Of a stretch of 64,000 nt of DNA, positions 48,164-60,400 are shown one piece after another (position 1 is the first letter of the stretch; the number at the start of each line of letters is the position of its first letter). Both the position numbers and the translations under genes were made by a program. Under the pieces are notes generated by a model. That model had not been told where the DNA came from. It did not search any database and worked only from the letters and a program-made list of their open reading frames with translations. Origin of the DNA: Anthoceros angustus (Eukaryota; Plantae; Anthocerotophyta); NCBI GenBank assembly GCA_010909165.1, contig VJWM01000325.1:1-64000 (forward strand). Reading direction: 5' to 3'.

Positions 48164-50960
48164 ATGCCAACTCGGTTTGCAGACCGGTTGTATCTAGAAG
48201 ATACTGTTTCCACTGCGTGGCCCACGTTCGGTGGAACTGTGGAGGAAGAGGACTCGGATGATGTGCATTTGAACATCCACCTCCAAAAGGCGTACATACA
48301 ATTTGAAGCCGGGTCCGAATCATTTATCGAGCATGGCGACCACCACGTAGACGCCGGCAATCTAAAGTGCCCGAGATGAAATGTGAAGAGGTTCAGATTA
48401 CCCGTGATTTTAAAACTTGTGGTAGACAATGCTTGAGGACAATAGGGAAGGCAACCTTTCGAGATTTGAGGTATCGGTTCCTTAGAATGTGCGGGGAGGG
48501 GAGATGCACCTACAATCCCTTTTGATGTCGATTATGAGAGCGATGGAAGGGTTAGGGTAGACTGCTTTCTTGTCGGACGAGGAAAAGTGTATTGTTGTAG
48601 AGGCCTTGACGCTTTATTGTATCGGGTCTAGCGTGAAGAAGCGAGCCGGAAACATGTGGTCCTTCTTCATGACGGCAATCTCAAGATGTCGTAGCCGTGG
48701 ATGAACCAACTGTTTATGCTTATTGCCGAGAGAATGCCAAACATTGAAGTGTATCACCTTCCTGACTCTTACTCAAAAGGCGAGGTGTTTCAAGAATACA
48801 AGCAACATATGCAGCGCGCTCAGCAGTACAGTGTTTCTCATTCCTACTTTTGTCAGCTTTGGGCTACGCACTTCCACAAGGTGAAAATTCCGAAGAGCAA
48901 TCGGTTTGCCTTGTGCACAACCTGCGATTACCTCAAACGAAATATAAAGAGCGAGAAAAACAGAGAAAAACAAGGTGAGGCTTGATGTGAAATTGTGTTT
49001 TGGCAATGCAGTGGGGGGATGGTGCGCCGGCCACCGGCCCGGCGCGCGCCACCGGCGCCGACGGTCGGCACCGGCATAACAGCACGGCCGACCGGAGGCG
49101 AGTTTGTGAAGCGCGCCGTCACCGGGCGACTCGGTATTTATGCTTATTGCTCCTTCCGGGCGCTTTATTCCTCAACGTTGTTTGGGTGATTATTTTGCGA
49201 AGCATTTGAAGTCGATCCGAGGCGCCCATCAAGTCCGAGAGAGAAAATGCATCAAGCACGTGAAATGTTATGGAGACCGGCAAAGTATATCGGGATATCC
49301 ATCGACGGATGGACCAACAAGACACGCTTCCACATTTCACGCGTTTACCCAAGGACCCGATGTAGGTTTGATCGACGTCCATGTTGTGGGGTGCATGATT
49401 TATAACTACACCATGTCGGCGAACTCTTCATGGCATACGGAACATCCGAACGATGCAAACTCGACTATAGCCAATATCCGATGTCATTTCAAATTACGAG
49501 GACTACTACCAAAGGTTCTTTATCTTCAACTCGACAATCGCACGGGAGAATAAGAATGCACCGCTATTCGCTTACCGAATATGTTGGTAGAGCTTAAGGT
49601 TTTGAGAAGGTAAAGTAGGATTCCTCGTTGGGCACACTCATGACCAGTTGATGTTTTCGAGGTTTTCAACGTGCACGGAAGGAAGCTTTACGTTGCCCAA
49701 ACCGACCGGTATTTTGGAGAATGCATATACGCCCAAACCAAAATTATGGAGGTGAAAGAAGTTCCGGACTTCAAAGTTTGTGTGGCCAATACCTTATGGT
49801 AAGGCTGGCTATAAACAGTTGTCTGATGAAAGCTTGCACAATATATCTTTTCAAAGATCGTTCAAAATAACCCGAGAAACGCGAGGTGAGCGGACTTATT
49901 CGTGATGAGGGGCAAACAATATTCCACGATGAATCTGGTCACCGGACGAGGGTTTGGAGTTTTGAATAATGTCCCATCTACTCCTATTCAAGCCGCTCGC
50001 TTTGGTTCATTTGGAGGTCCGGCAAAAAAAGCGAGGTGAGCGGACTTATTCGTGATGAGGGGCAAACAATATTCCAGTGAATCTGAATTGGTCACCGGAC
50101 GAGGGTTTGGAGTTTTGAATAATGTCCCATCTACTCCTATTCAAGCTCGTTTGGTTCATTTGGAGGTCCAAGTAAAAAGCGGTTGCGAGGAGAGATCCCG
50201 AAGAAGTCTTGCAAAGAATGCGTGGGAAACTAGAGGAAACTAGACCCATTTGGGCGGTGAGGATATTTGGTGGGAGGAATGCTGAGCAATCACCATCGTG
50301 GACAAGATAGCATGTGAGCATGAGGAATTGAAGACCCTTGGCAATGGTGATAGAACACATAATGAAGAGTTGCATCGCCTGGTTGTACCGAGGTGAGATT
50401 TTACAGCATCCAATCTCGGCAAGTGCCCGGGGACATGTATGTTGGAGCGCATCGATGATGATGCGCAAGGCGGAACAAGAAAGCTTGAACGGCGATGTGT
50501 TGGAGATACAAACAGTCACATGATTGCGGTGCCTTGTGAGATGACGACAATCGACCATTCGGCTCGCAAAAGTTCTGGTGGACTTCCAATGTGACGCCCA
50601 TTCATTAAAGTCCATTGGTGGGTGACTAAATGCACCGACGCATTTGAAGGCGGTACCTAGAGGAGATGATTTTACGATCGCCACCAACGCTGCGTGGGGT
50701 CGCTCTCAACGACGGAGCATGAGGTTGCAAAACACGACAAATTGCTTCTTCGACACATTCATCTTGGCATACGGGTTTTCTCTAACAAAATGTATAACTA
50801 AATGCAAGGACCAACCATAATACGGAAAAACATGTACGTTTTGCGCTGTGTGTGGAGGAAGCTCGGAACATATGGAAGGAAGGGACCTGATGATGGCGTA
50901 AGATGTTGCATCCGGCGAGGACATTGAAACACTTGATGAACATGGTTCATGGAGTTGATT
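48164..50960 (+). mobile_element. Transposase 2: diverged Sola-like / DUF7869-type DDD transposase, frameshifted in this assembly
   Basis: FKTCGRQC...LRYRFLRM; WMNQLFMLIAERMPNIEVYHLPD; VKIPKSNRFALCTTC; SIDG(MDQ) ~49301; LPKVLYLQLDN..ENKN ~49505-49557; GHTHD ~49630; C-terminal LNGDVLEI...LAKVLVDF...VHWWVTKCTDAFEG. Confidence 0.85.
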
Positions 50961-51479
50961 AGTTAGTTTTCGATTGACCATGGACTCCTACTAGTGCCGG
51001 ACTGGGGAAGGTGCCGTGACCGCGCACTTCCGTGAGTGGATAGGTTGTGTTCCCCATGGACATAAACGGCTTAACCAAGTAGTATGGGCACACAAAATGA
51101 CGTACAACATGTAATTTGCGATTATGTTCCAAATCGCCAAAACCGTGTCTCTATTCGATGGACCTTATTTTTTAGGACAACACATGATAAGACCGGCTAC
51201 GACAAATGTTCAAACGCATCCACCGGGTCCCCACACTTTTCTCAAGTTTTGGAGGAATGAATTCAAAGACAATAATTTTTGGCCACGTTCTTTTCGGTCT
51301 GTCGAAAAGTGGATGCCAAATTTCTTCAAAACCCGCAATAACGTATATGGTTTTCGGGACATGCTTTTTGGATATGATGATGGGAAAGCCATCGCTTTTG
51401 CCCAAAGAGCCCATTTCAACGGAATCCGATATTGCGCAGACTGCTCCTCTTGTCATCCAACACCTCTCGAATGAAGTGA

Positions 51480-52700
51480 TACTTCACATCCATATGTTTA
51501 GTCTTCGAAACATCGGATTCTTGCCAATTGGATAGCACTCGCTATCACAATGCAACACCCAGCTCAACCTTGATCCCCAAGTCTCCCACTAAACGAGCAA
51601 GCCATATGGCTTCCTTGCAAGCCTCGCCACGCAACATACTCGGCGGTAGATAGCGAATGCACGATCGCAAACGAGATCGCCATGAGATCGCCTCCAAAGC
51701 ACGTGAAGACATAACTGATGTGGACCTCCTTTTGTCCATATCCTCGTGATAATCGAGATCTGTGGTACCCAACCACACATCTTCACTACCAAAACATATG
51801 CACAAAGCTTTTGTACCATTCGGATACCTCATAACTCCTTTTATCGCCTCCCAATGCTTCTTGTGGTTTGACATAAACGCTAACCACTCCCACCGCAAAG
51901 GCAATGTCGACGTAGCAATCATTGCATACATCAAACTCCCTGATGAGTATGGGACCTTCTCCATTCATTTTGTCCTCCTCGTAGCTTGGCAATCCGCTTG
52001 AAGTTTCACATATGGAGGCAATGGAGTACCCAATGGCTTCCCTTCTCCATGTTGAAACGTTGAAGCACTGTTAATGTATTCCGTCTGAGACAAATAAAGC
52101 ACGCTTATGTCTGCTCCGAAATACGCATGCCAAGTATATGGCTCGCCTCCCAAGTCTTATTTCAAAGTGAGCATTCAACTTTGACTTCAACAAATCTCAT
52201 CAAGTTGTTCCCAAAGAATTAGCATATCATCCACATAGAGGATCAAAATGAGCAAGCTTTGATCCTTAGCTTGCTCAGATAGAGGCAATGATCCTCATCG
52301 CTACGCTTGTAGCCTTGAGAAAGCATAAATGAGTGGAACTTGTGATACCACTGGTGCCTGCTTCAAAACCATAAAGGCTCTTCCTCAACCTCGCACACCG
52401 ATGCTCTTTGCCCTTCTCAACAAAACCTTCCGGTGCATGTAGACTTCCTCTTGAAGGTCACCATGCAAGAATGCCGCCTTGACATCCATCCGCATAAGTT
52501 CCATATCATTCTCGCAACCAAAGCAAGAACACATCGCAAAAGTTGTCATTTTGACTACCGGTGAGAAAATCTCATCAAAGTCAATGCCCGTTGTTGCTTG
52601 AAACCCTTAGCAACCAATCGTGCCTTGTACTTTGGTTTGCCATCGGTATGACCTTCATCTTGTACACCCATTTGCGGTAGTGCCTTCTTATCCTAGGCAA
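51480..52700 (-). mobile_element. Ty1/copia reverse transcriptase and RNase H fragment
   Basis: KWVYK..YKARLVAKG; FDEIFSPVVKMTT; MDVKAAFLHGDLQEEVYM; EACKEAIWLARLVGDLG. Many indels. Confidence 0.9.
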
Positions 52701-52719
52701 CCAACCAACTCCCAAGTTT

Positions 52720-53870
52720 TGGTTCATTTGGAGGTCCAGTAAAAAGCGGTTGCGGAGGAGAGATCCGAAGAAGTCTTTGCAATGCGTGGGAAACTAGAGG
52801 AAAACTCGGGACCCATTTGGGCGCGGTGAGGATATTTGGTGGGAGGAATTCAGGTGAGCAATCACCATCGTGGACAAGATAGCATGTGAGCATCTTGAGG
52901 AATTGAAGACCCCTTGGCAATGGTACGATAGAACACATAATGAAGAGTTGCATCGCCTTTGGTTGTATAGTGAGATTTTACAGCATCAATCGTTCGCAAG
53001 TGCCCGGAGACATGTATGTTGGAGCGTCACAGCGGGATGATGCGGCGGGAACAAGAAAGCTTGCGATGTGTTGGAGATACAAAGCAGTCACATGATTGCG
53101 GTGCCTGTGATGATCGACAATCGACCATTACGGCTCGCAAAAGTTCTGGTGGACTTCCAATGTCGCCCCATTCATTAAAGTCCATTGGTGGGTGACTAAA
53201 TGCAGCGCATTTGAAGGCGGTACCTAGAGGAGATGATTTTACGATCGACCCGCTGGGTGGGGTCGCTCTCAGCCGGAGCATGAGGTTGCGGGCACGTCGA
53301 CAAATTGCTTCTTTTCGGACACATTCATCTTGGCATACGGGTTTTCTCTAACAAAAGCGAAGCAACTAAATGCAAGGACGAACCATAATACGGAAAAACA
53401 TATGCGTTTTGCGCTGCATGCGGAGGAAGCTCGGAACATATGGAAGGAAGGGACGCTGCGGATGATGGCGTTGCGAAGATGTTGCATCGGGCGAGGACAT
53501 TGAAACACTTGATGAACATGGTTCATGGAGTTGATTAGTTAGTTTTCGATTGACCATGGACTCCTACTAGTCTTTGGATGGGAAGGTATCGCGGTGGGCG
53601 CACTTCTCAGTGGATAGGTTGTGTGTTCCCCATGGACATAAGCTTAACCAAGTGCAGTATGGGCACACAAAATGACGGTACAACACAATTTGCGATTATG
53701 TTCCAAATCAAACCGTGTCTCTATTCGATGGACCTTATTTTTTAGGACAACACATGATAAGACCGGCACGACAAATGTTCAAACGCATCCACGATTCGGT
53801 CCCCACACTTTTCCAAGTTTTGGAGGAATGAATTCAAAGACAATAATTCTCTTTTGATTCCCTGGAATCA
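52720..53870 (+). repeat. Second copy of the transposase-2 3' region and flank (duplicate of ~50150-51280)
   Basis: Near-identical sequence from ttggttcatttggaggtcc to gaattcaaagacaataat, differing by indels. Confidence 0.85.
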
Positions 53871-56800
53871 TGTAATGACTGAAAGCTTTCAACATACTTC
53901 CACCATTATCTCCCTAGACACTTCAATCGGTGGCCGATGATTCTCTACAAGGGTGACAAATTTCAAACACCGTAACTTCATCCTTTTTCCTCAAAGGATA
54001 AACCCACACCTTGCTGAGAAAATCATCTATGAAAGTGACAAAATAGAGGCACCGCCTAATGATGCAAGAGGCATAGGTCCACATACATCATCGTGAACCA
54101 ACTCAAGAGGTTTACTACTTTACCTCTTGTGTTCGATGTGATGATTTTGTCTGCTTCCCATATAAAGGTGCTCACACATCGAGAGATCGTAGAAGTTAAG
54201 AGGATATAACGAACGAGATAAAACCTTCATTCCCTTCTCGAGACATATGTCCTAACCGCAATGCCACAAGGAAACATTTGGTCGCTGTCACATGATCACA
54301 TGATCTTTGAGTGTTTACCAAGTGAGTACAAAGTGCCACACTCGATCCACGAGCTAACACAGAGAACCTTTGGAGATCTTCCAAGAGTGATCCCCAAGTC
54401 TCCCACTAAGCAGCAAGCCATATGGCTTCCTTGCAAGCCTCGATTCTTTGCAACATACTCGGCCTCTGTGGTAGATAGCGTAATGCCGACGCAAGCGAGA
54501 TCGCCATGAGGCCCCTCCGGTGCGTGAAGACATAACGATGTGGACCTCCTTTTGTCCATATCCCATAATCTGTACCCAACCACATGCATCTTCACTACCA
54601 AAACATATGCACAAAGCTTTTGTACCATTCGGATACCTCATAACTCCTTTTCGCCTCCCAATGCTTCTTGCGGGGTTTGACATAAACACCTAACCACTCC
54701 ACTGCAAAGGCAATGTCGGGCGTAGCAATCATTGCATACATCAAACTCCCTACGGTGATGAGTATGGGACCTTCTCCATTTCGACTTTGTCCTCCTCGAG
54801 CTTGGGCAATCCGGCGCTTGAAAGTTTCACATATGGAGGCAATGGAGTACCCAATGGCTTCCCTTCTCCATGTTGAAGCGTTGAAGCACCATTAATGTAT
54901 TAAAATAAAAATAAACGCTTATATACATTCCGAATCGCATGCCAAGTATATGGCTCGCCTCTCCCAAGTCTGTCATTTCAAAGTGAGCATTCAACTTTGA
55001 CTTGAAATCTCATCGATCTTGTTCAATTAGCATATCATCCACATAGAGGATCAAAATGAGCAAGCTTTGATCCTTAGCTTGCTCGTATAGAGGCAATGAT
55101 CCTCATCGCTTTTGTAGCCTTGAGAAAGCATAAATGAGTGGAACTTGTGATACCACTCTCACGGGTGCTGTTTCAAACCATAAAGGCTCTTCCTCAACGC
55201 ACGATGCTCTTGTCAACTTCGAACATGCCTAACGCCCTTCAAAGATGAATGAAGATCCGTTGTCAAACTTGAGTTGCACATCACCACGCCGCGATCCGCA
55301 TGCATAGTTATTTCCAAGCCTAACATCCTTTCCTTGTAGCATCATACGTAAACCACTCTCTATGAGGAGTAACATGGAAAGATGCACCGAGTCAATTATC
55401 CAATTGCGTAATAAATGACTATCCACGTTAATTGTGCAAGATTCAAGTAAGAAGAGATAAGGACATCTCCGTCCTCAACAGAGTTTAACTCTTCCAACTC
55501 GACCAAGTCGCCTTCTTGTCGCCCCGCTTCTTCTCTTTCCTTGGTCCTTTTGAACTTCTCGCACTCTCTTTGAAGTGACCCTTTGTGACAATAGTGACAC
55601 TCCACATTCTTGTTACGACTACGAGATTTGCTACGAGAAAAGCTTCCGTCCGCTTTCCCCTTCGCAGCGGGACCTCCCTCTCACTATGAGGGCACCGGAA
55701 CCTTTGGAAGGTTCCATATTTTTCCTGCTCACCTCCTCGCCAATGTGCTACCTTCTACATTTACAATGGTAAGACCACTAGCAAGTGTAATTACTCGAGT
55801 CATTTAAAGGTGTCCCAACTCTCCGTAATGTGACCAATGTAAACATAGCTCTCACTAACTGGGAATGTGATACCTTGAGATGAGAGTCGGCTGAAAATGG
55901 TATTGAAATCATTCGGATGATCGGACATCCTCGTCCCTTCCTTCATCTTCAAGTCCACCACCGTTTCAACCAATACACCGAGAAGCCGCACTTTGCTTCT
56001 CATACAGTCACATCCGCCACATCGTAACTCGTGGTCTTATCTTTCACATTGAAGTACATGCTTTTGACAATGTTAGCATGATAGTAGATCTAGCAAGCTC
56101 ATCCAGGTCCTACCACTCATCCTGTGTCATACTATCTGGTTTGACGCCTAACTTCCCGTTCTGGAAAGAACAAGTGTATAATGTTCTAGTGCAGAAAAAG
56201 CAGATCAAGCCCATAAAGTTGCACCGGAGTATGCCACTGAATATTTCGGCAAATTTTCTTCTGGCCTGACGTTCGGCGACGATTATTTCGAGCCGTTCTT
56301 GGGCACCCGCGACGCCCGTCAGCGCGCCCGCCCATAGCTCGTGCCTGCTCACCTCGCCGTGCCCGCAACTCGCGCCGCGCTCTTCACGAATCTCGCAGCC
56401 GCTGGCAACACGCGCCTGCGCTTCACTTGCCCGCGCCTGCTACGCAGCGCTCCGCGCCACGCAGCACGCGCGCGCCACCTCGCCCCGCACGGCCACCGCC
56501 GGCGCCCGCCCATGGCGCTCGCCCGTCACCACCCCGGCCACAGCCCGCCTCAAGGCCACAGCGTCCCGCAGACGGGCGGCGCTACGCTCTGGCGGGTTTA
56601 CCTGCACCTCACGGTTGGCGCCACAAGCCCAGGCGCTCGCTACTGTCCGGCCGGGCCTAATGATGATGAGCATAGGTCCACATACATCACGTGAACCAAC
56701 TCAAGAGGTTTACTCCTACTTTACCTCTTGTTCGATGTGATGATTTTATCATTTCCCATATAAGCAGTGCTCATCGAGAGATCGGAGAAGTTAAACGAGG

Positions 56801-56945
56801 ATATAACCAGAACGAGATAAAACCTTCATTCCCTTCTGAGACATATGTCCTAACCGGCAATGCCACAAGGAAACATTTGGCTGCTCTGTTACACAGATCA
56901 CATGATCTTTGACAGTGTTTACCTGAAGTGAGTACAAAGTGCCAC
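53870..56945 (-). mobile_element. Scrambled Ty1/copia pieces: integrase, GAG-pre-integrase, a duplicate RT/RNase H, protease, zinc knuckle and gag
   Basis: DVCGPMPLASLGG..FVTFIDDF..KVWVY (~53990-54100); LWHLRLGHMS (~54250); STTEAEYVA; NWIIDS; CHYCHK...REC; LARSTIMLTLS...DLKMKEGTRMSDH. Confidence 0.85.
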
Positions 56946-57400
56946 ACTTGATCTCTCGGTGAAGCACGCCAAGGTGTGTTCTTGGTCCTTCTCGCTGACT
57001 TGATTAGCTTGGGATGATTTCCCCTTCTTCAAGTTTGCCAATCTTATTTTACAGTCCTTTGCATGGTTCTTGCAATAAGAACAAAAGCCTTTCACCTTTC
57101 TTTTTGCATGTATATCCTAGTTCTTGACCGAGATCCAACCGCTTGTGCGCCTGCTTCATCTTCCCACGTCCCAGACACTGGCTTCAATGACCTCTGAGTC
57201 GTGGGAGGCATGGGCGGACTAGCAAGAGGCTGGTGACTCACATGTTGAAGGCCTATTGGCGGTGACCAACCGGTTTGAGAGCTTGAAGACAAGGGCGTGG
57301 GGAAGGGACTTGCCCTATGGGGAAGAATGGTTTCTGACACAGGTGCTTTCCCTGAAGATTGCTGCTAATCTCTTGGCTACGAAAGTAAAGTGATCAGGCA
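56945..57400 (-). mobile_element. Gag zinc-knuckle/protease-junction fragment of a second copia-like family (also at ~59740-60130)
   Basis: KGFCSYCKNHAKDCKIRLANLKKGKSSQANQV...DGWL, present twice. Confidence 0.55.
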
Positions 57401-60400
57401 TGGCGTTCTTGTAGATTTTATGTTTTTTAAGTGGGGTTCGCCTGCATAACATGATCGCAGTATCTCGGGGTTTGGATCAAACACGATAATATTTGAAGCG
57501 GCTGAATATACAAAGCCGCTTTCAGAAACCCCGGACCAATTTTAGATTCACCGTACAGTCCCAAAACCCGTGATTCTTAATATTCTCGGTTTACGCATTT
57601 GGGTCTTGTAACTGTCTCGTCGCGGTTTGGTCTGTTTGGACAAAATTTTGCCTCTAGGTATGGTGCATGGTGCATGTGTGAGAGGGCCGGCATGCCGGCG
57701 CCCTAAAAGAAACTCAACTTAACTAGTATAAAAACTACAACTTGGATCTCGAACTCGCGACCTAGCCGAGTTTTTTACCACTTTACCAACATTAGGAGAC
57801 AACAAAACTTTATGATACGCAAATAATGTATATTAATGAAGGTGCCAATATGCTAGCACCCTATGCTCCTATGGTCCCCCCAGAGGGCGCTGGCATGCCG
57901 GCGTCCTTAAATAGGTTTTCTGTGAGCGCCGAGGTGCCTGCATCCGCATTAACACTAGGGCTACAACCACTTGTCGTGCACCCATGCACATTATGACTTA
58001 CATATATTAGGCCATGCGTCACTTGCTTGCGCAAGAGAATGAGAAAAAACACACCACTTTTCACACTTCCGATCACGACGCAGCCTTGGCCGCTCACAAA
58101 GATGGTGTCCAACACACAAAAAACGTATTCAATTGCTATGACTCTGTAGAAAGATAGTTGCGGCCTACACTGAGCTTGAGAATAGGGAAGAAACTTGGCC
58201 GTGTCATGTCTCTCTTCACCGTTCCGATACAAGTAAAATTTGCGATCATGAATATTAGGGCATGGGTAATTTCAAACAGCATGCTTAGAAAAGCGTTGAA
58301 ATTTGAAAATAATTTCCATGATTTTGAGCTCAAGACTACGAATTATTAGAATAAGAGAATTTTAAACCAAACCAATTATCTATCACTTTTACAACACAAA
58401 CTATGCTCTCATTTCAATCCATATTACATTCCCTAGTGATTAAGCATCTTGAGCTTGGATCGCATTTAGATGGGGTGCCTAAAGGAGTGGATGCCCTTGG
58501 TGCAAGTAGCTTAGGCACACCATGGTACAAGTTATTAAGTACCAAGTCCCATGACGGAAATCCGTCCTTAGTGGACTTAAATAAAATTCTTCTTCTTCTT
58601 CTACACAATAGGAAAAAGTTACCTTTATCCATATTACCTGTTTCCTACACAATAGGAAAAAGTTACCTTTAAAGAGCGTCGGCGAGCGTCGGCATGCCGG
58701 CGCCTTTAAAAAACTTGAACCCGAGACCTCTTATTTCTACTTCCCAAGTTTTACCACTTTATTAACTTTCCTCCATATCGAGGAAGCACAAACTATATAT
58801 GCAAATGAGGGCGCGGGCATGCCGGCGCTCATCTCCCTCATTCTTCTTCTTCTTCTTCTTCATGCCTTATGCTCCCCATGCTCCTTGTTTTTTATAGCCA
58901 ATCAGAAGCCATCACGGTTCGGTGGTTTAGCCACTACCTAGGTGTCTCGATCGCCGTTAGCGGTTCGAAGAAGCTATTACAGTTCGTAGTTTCTCAGCGG
59001 AAGAAGGGCGTTTGTCAAGCGTCAGCGATGCCAAGGCCATGAACCTTGGCGCCAAGACATCTTGGCGCCCAAAACACCTTGGGAGTACTTGGGCATTAAA
59101 CATCTTTCATTACAAAATCCTCAATTTGGCTCATGCTAGATTATCATTACAAAGTCCTCAACTTGGAAGGATTATTCGAGCAAGAGTATGAGGTGAAGTT
59201 CAAACATAAAAGCGAAGCGTTTCCTATGTGGACACACCACTTTGTGCAACTCCCAAGAATCTTCCAAAATGTGATAGCACAACCACTCTTTCAACATTTC
59301 TTTTGACTCTTGATTTGTTCCTACTGGGCGCTATGCAAATCATGTCTCATGACATCCACCCCACGATATCATTGCGGAAATCTTGTTGTGTCATGAAAGC
59401 CTCGCAATGGTGGCTCACACACGTGCACCACTTGCTCCAACGAGGAAGAATTCGTCCTCCGCCTTCCAGTCTCCACCGCCATGCTGACTTAGACCGTATA
59501 AAGTTCCTGCTGCCAGCATGACCATGGCAATATTGATGACGCCACTGCGTGGACCTTTGGTGTTGAACCCAAGCTCCTCAGGGGCGTCCAAGCTTAAACC
59601 ATGGCGTGAGGCGTGTTGGATCGTGAAAACCATGCGATTGCCAAAATTCGGCATGGAAATTCGGACCAATTCAAGGCGTCATGGTGGTGGACCTCCTCGC
59701 TCGGTACCTACGTAAGAGCCATCCATCCTTCTTTGATGAAGTCACTTGATCTCTCTCGGTGAAGCACGCGAAGGTGTGTTCTTGGTCCTTCTCGCTGACT
59801 TGATTAGCTTGGGATGATTTCCCCTTCTTCAAGTTTGCCAATCTTATTTTACAGTCCTTTGCATGGTTCTTGCAATAAGAACAAAAGCCTTTCACCTTTC
59901 TTTTTGCATGTATATCCTAGTTCTTGACCGAGATCCAACCGCTTGTGCGCCTGCTTCATCTTCCCACGTCCCAGGACATCGGCTTCAATGACTGATAGTC
60001 GTGGGAGGCATATGACTAGCAAGAGGCAGTGACTCACATGTTGAAGGCCTATTGGCGGTGACCAACCGGTTTGAGAGCTTGAAGACAAGGGCGTGGAAGG
60101 GACTTGCCTATGGGAAGAATGGTTTACACAGTGCTTTCAAGATTGTGCTAATCTCTTAGCTACAGTAAAGTGATCGTGCATGGTTCTTGTAGATTTTATG
60201 TTTTTTAAGTGGGGTTCGCATAACATGATCGCAGATCTCGGGGTTTGGATCAAACACGATAATATTTGAAGCGGTGAATATACAAAGCCGCTTCGTAAAC
60301 CCCGGACCAATTTTAGATTCATGATCCCAAAACCCGTGATTCTTAATATTCTCGGTTTACGCATTTGGGTCTTATAAGCTGCTAAATCGGTTTGGTCCGT

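Noticed and set aside
27133-51215. 15-bp match gacaaatgttcaaac downstream of both transposases
   Set aside because: It is in the wrong relative orientation for homologous ends, and a few 15-mer matches are expected by chance in 64 kb.
56330-56650. tRNA-Met primer-binding site or 5' LTR for the copia gag
   Set aside because: No TGGTATCAGAGC-like match is visible; the segment is GC-rich and too noisy.
27388-56945. Calling the transposase, MTase and copia genes pseudogenes
   Set aside because: Frameshifts differ between near-identical copies and fall in homopolymers or GC hairpins, which points to sequencing error. Status cannot be determined here.
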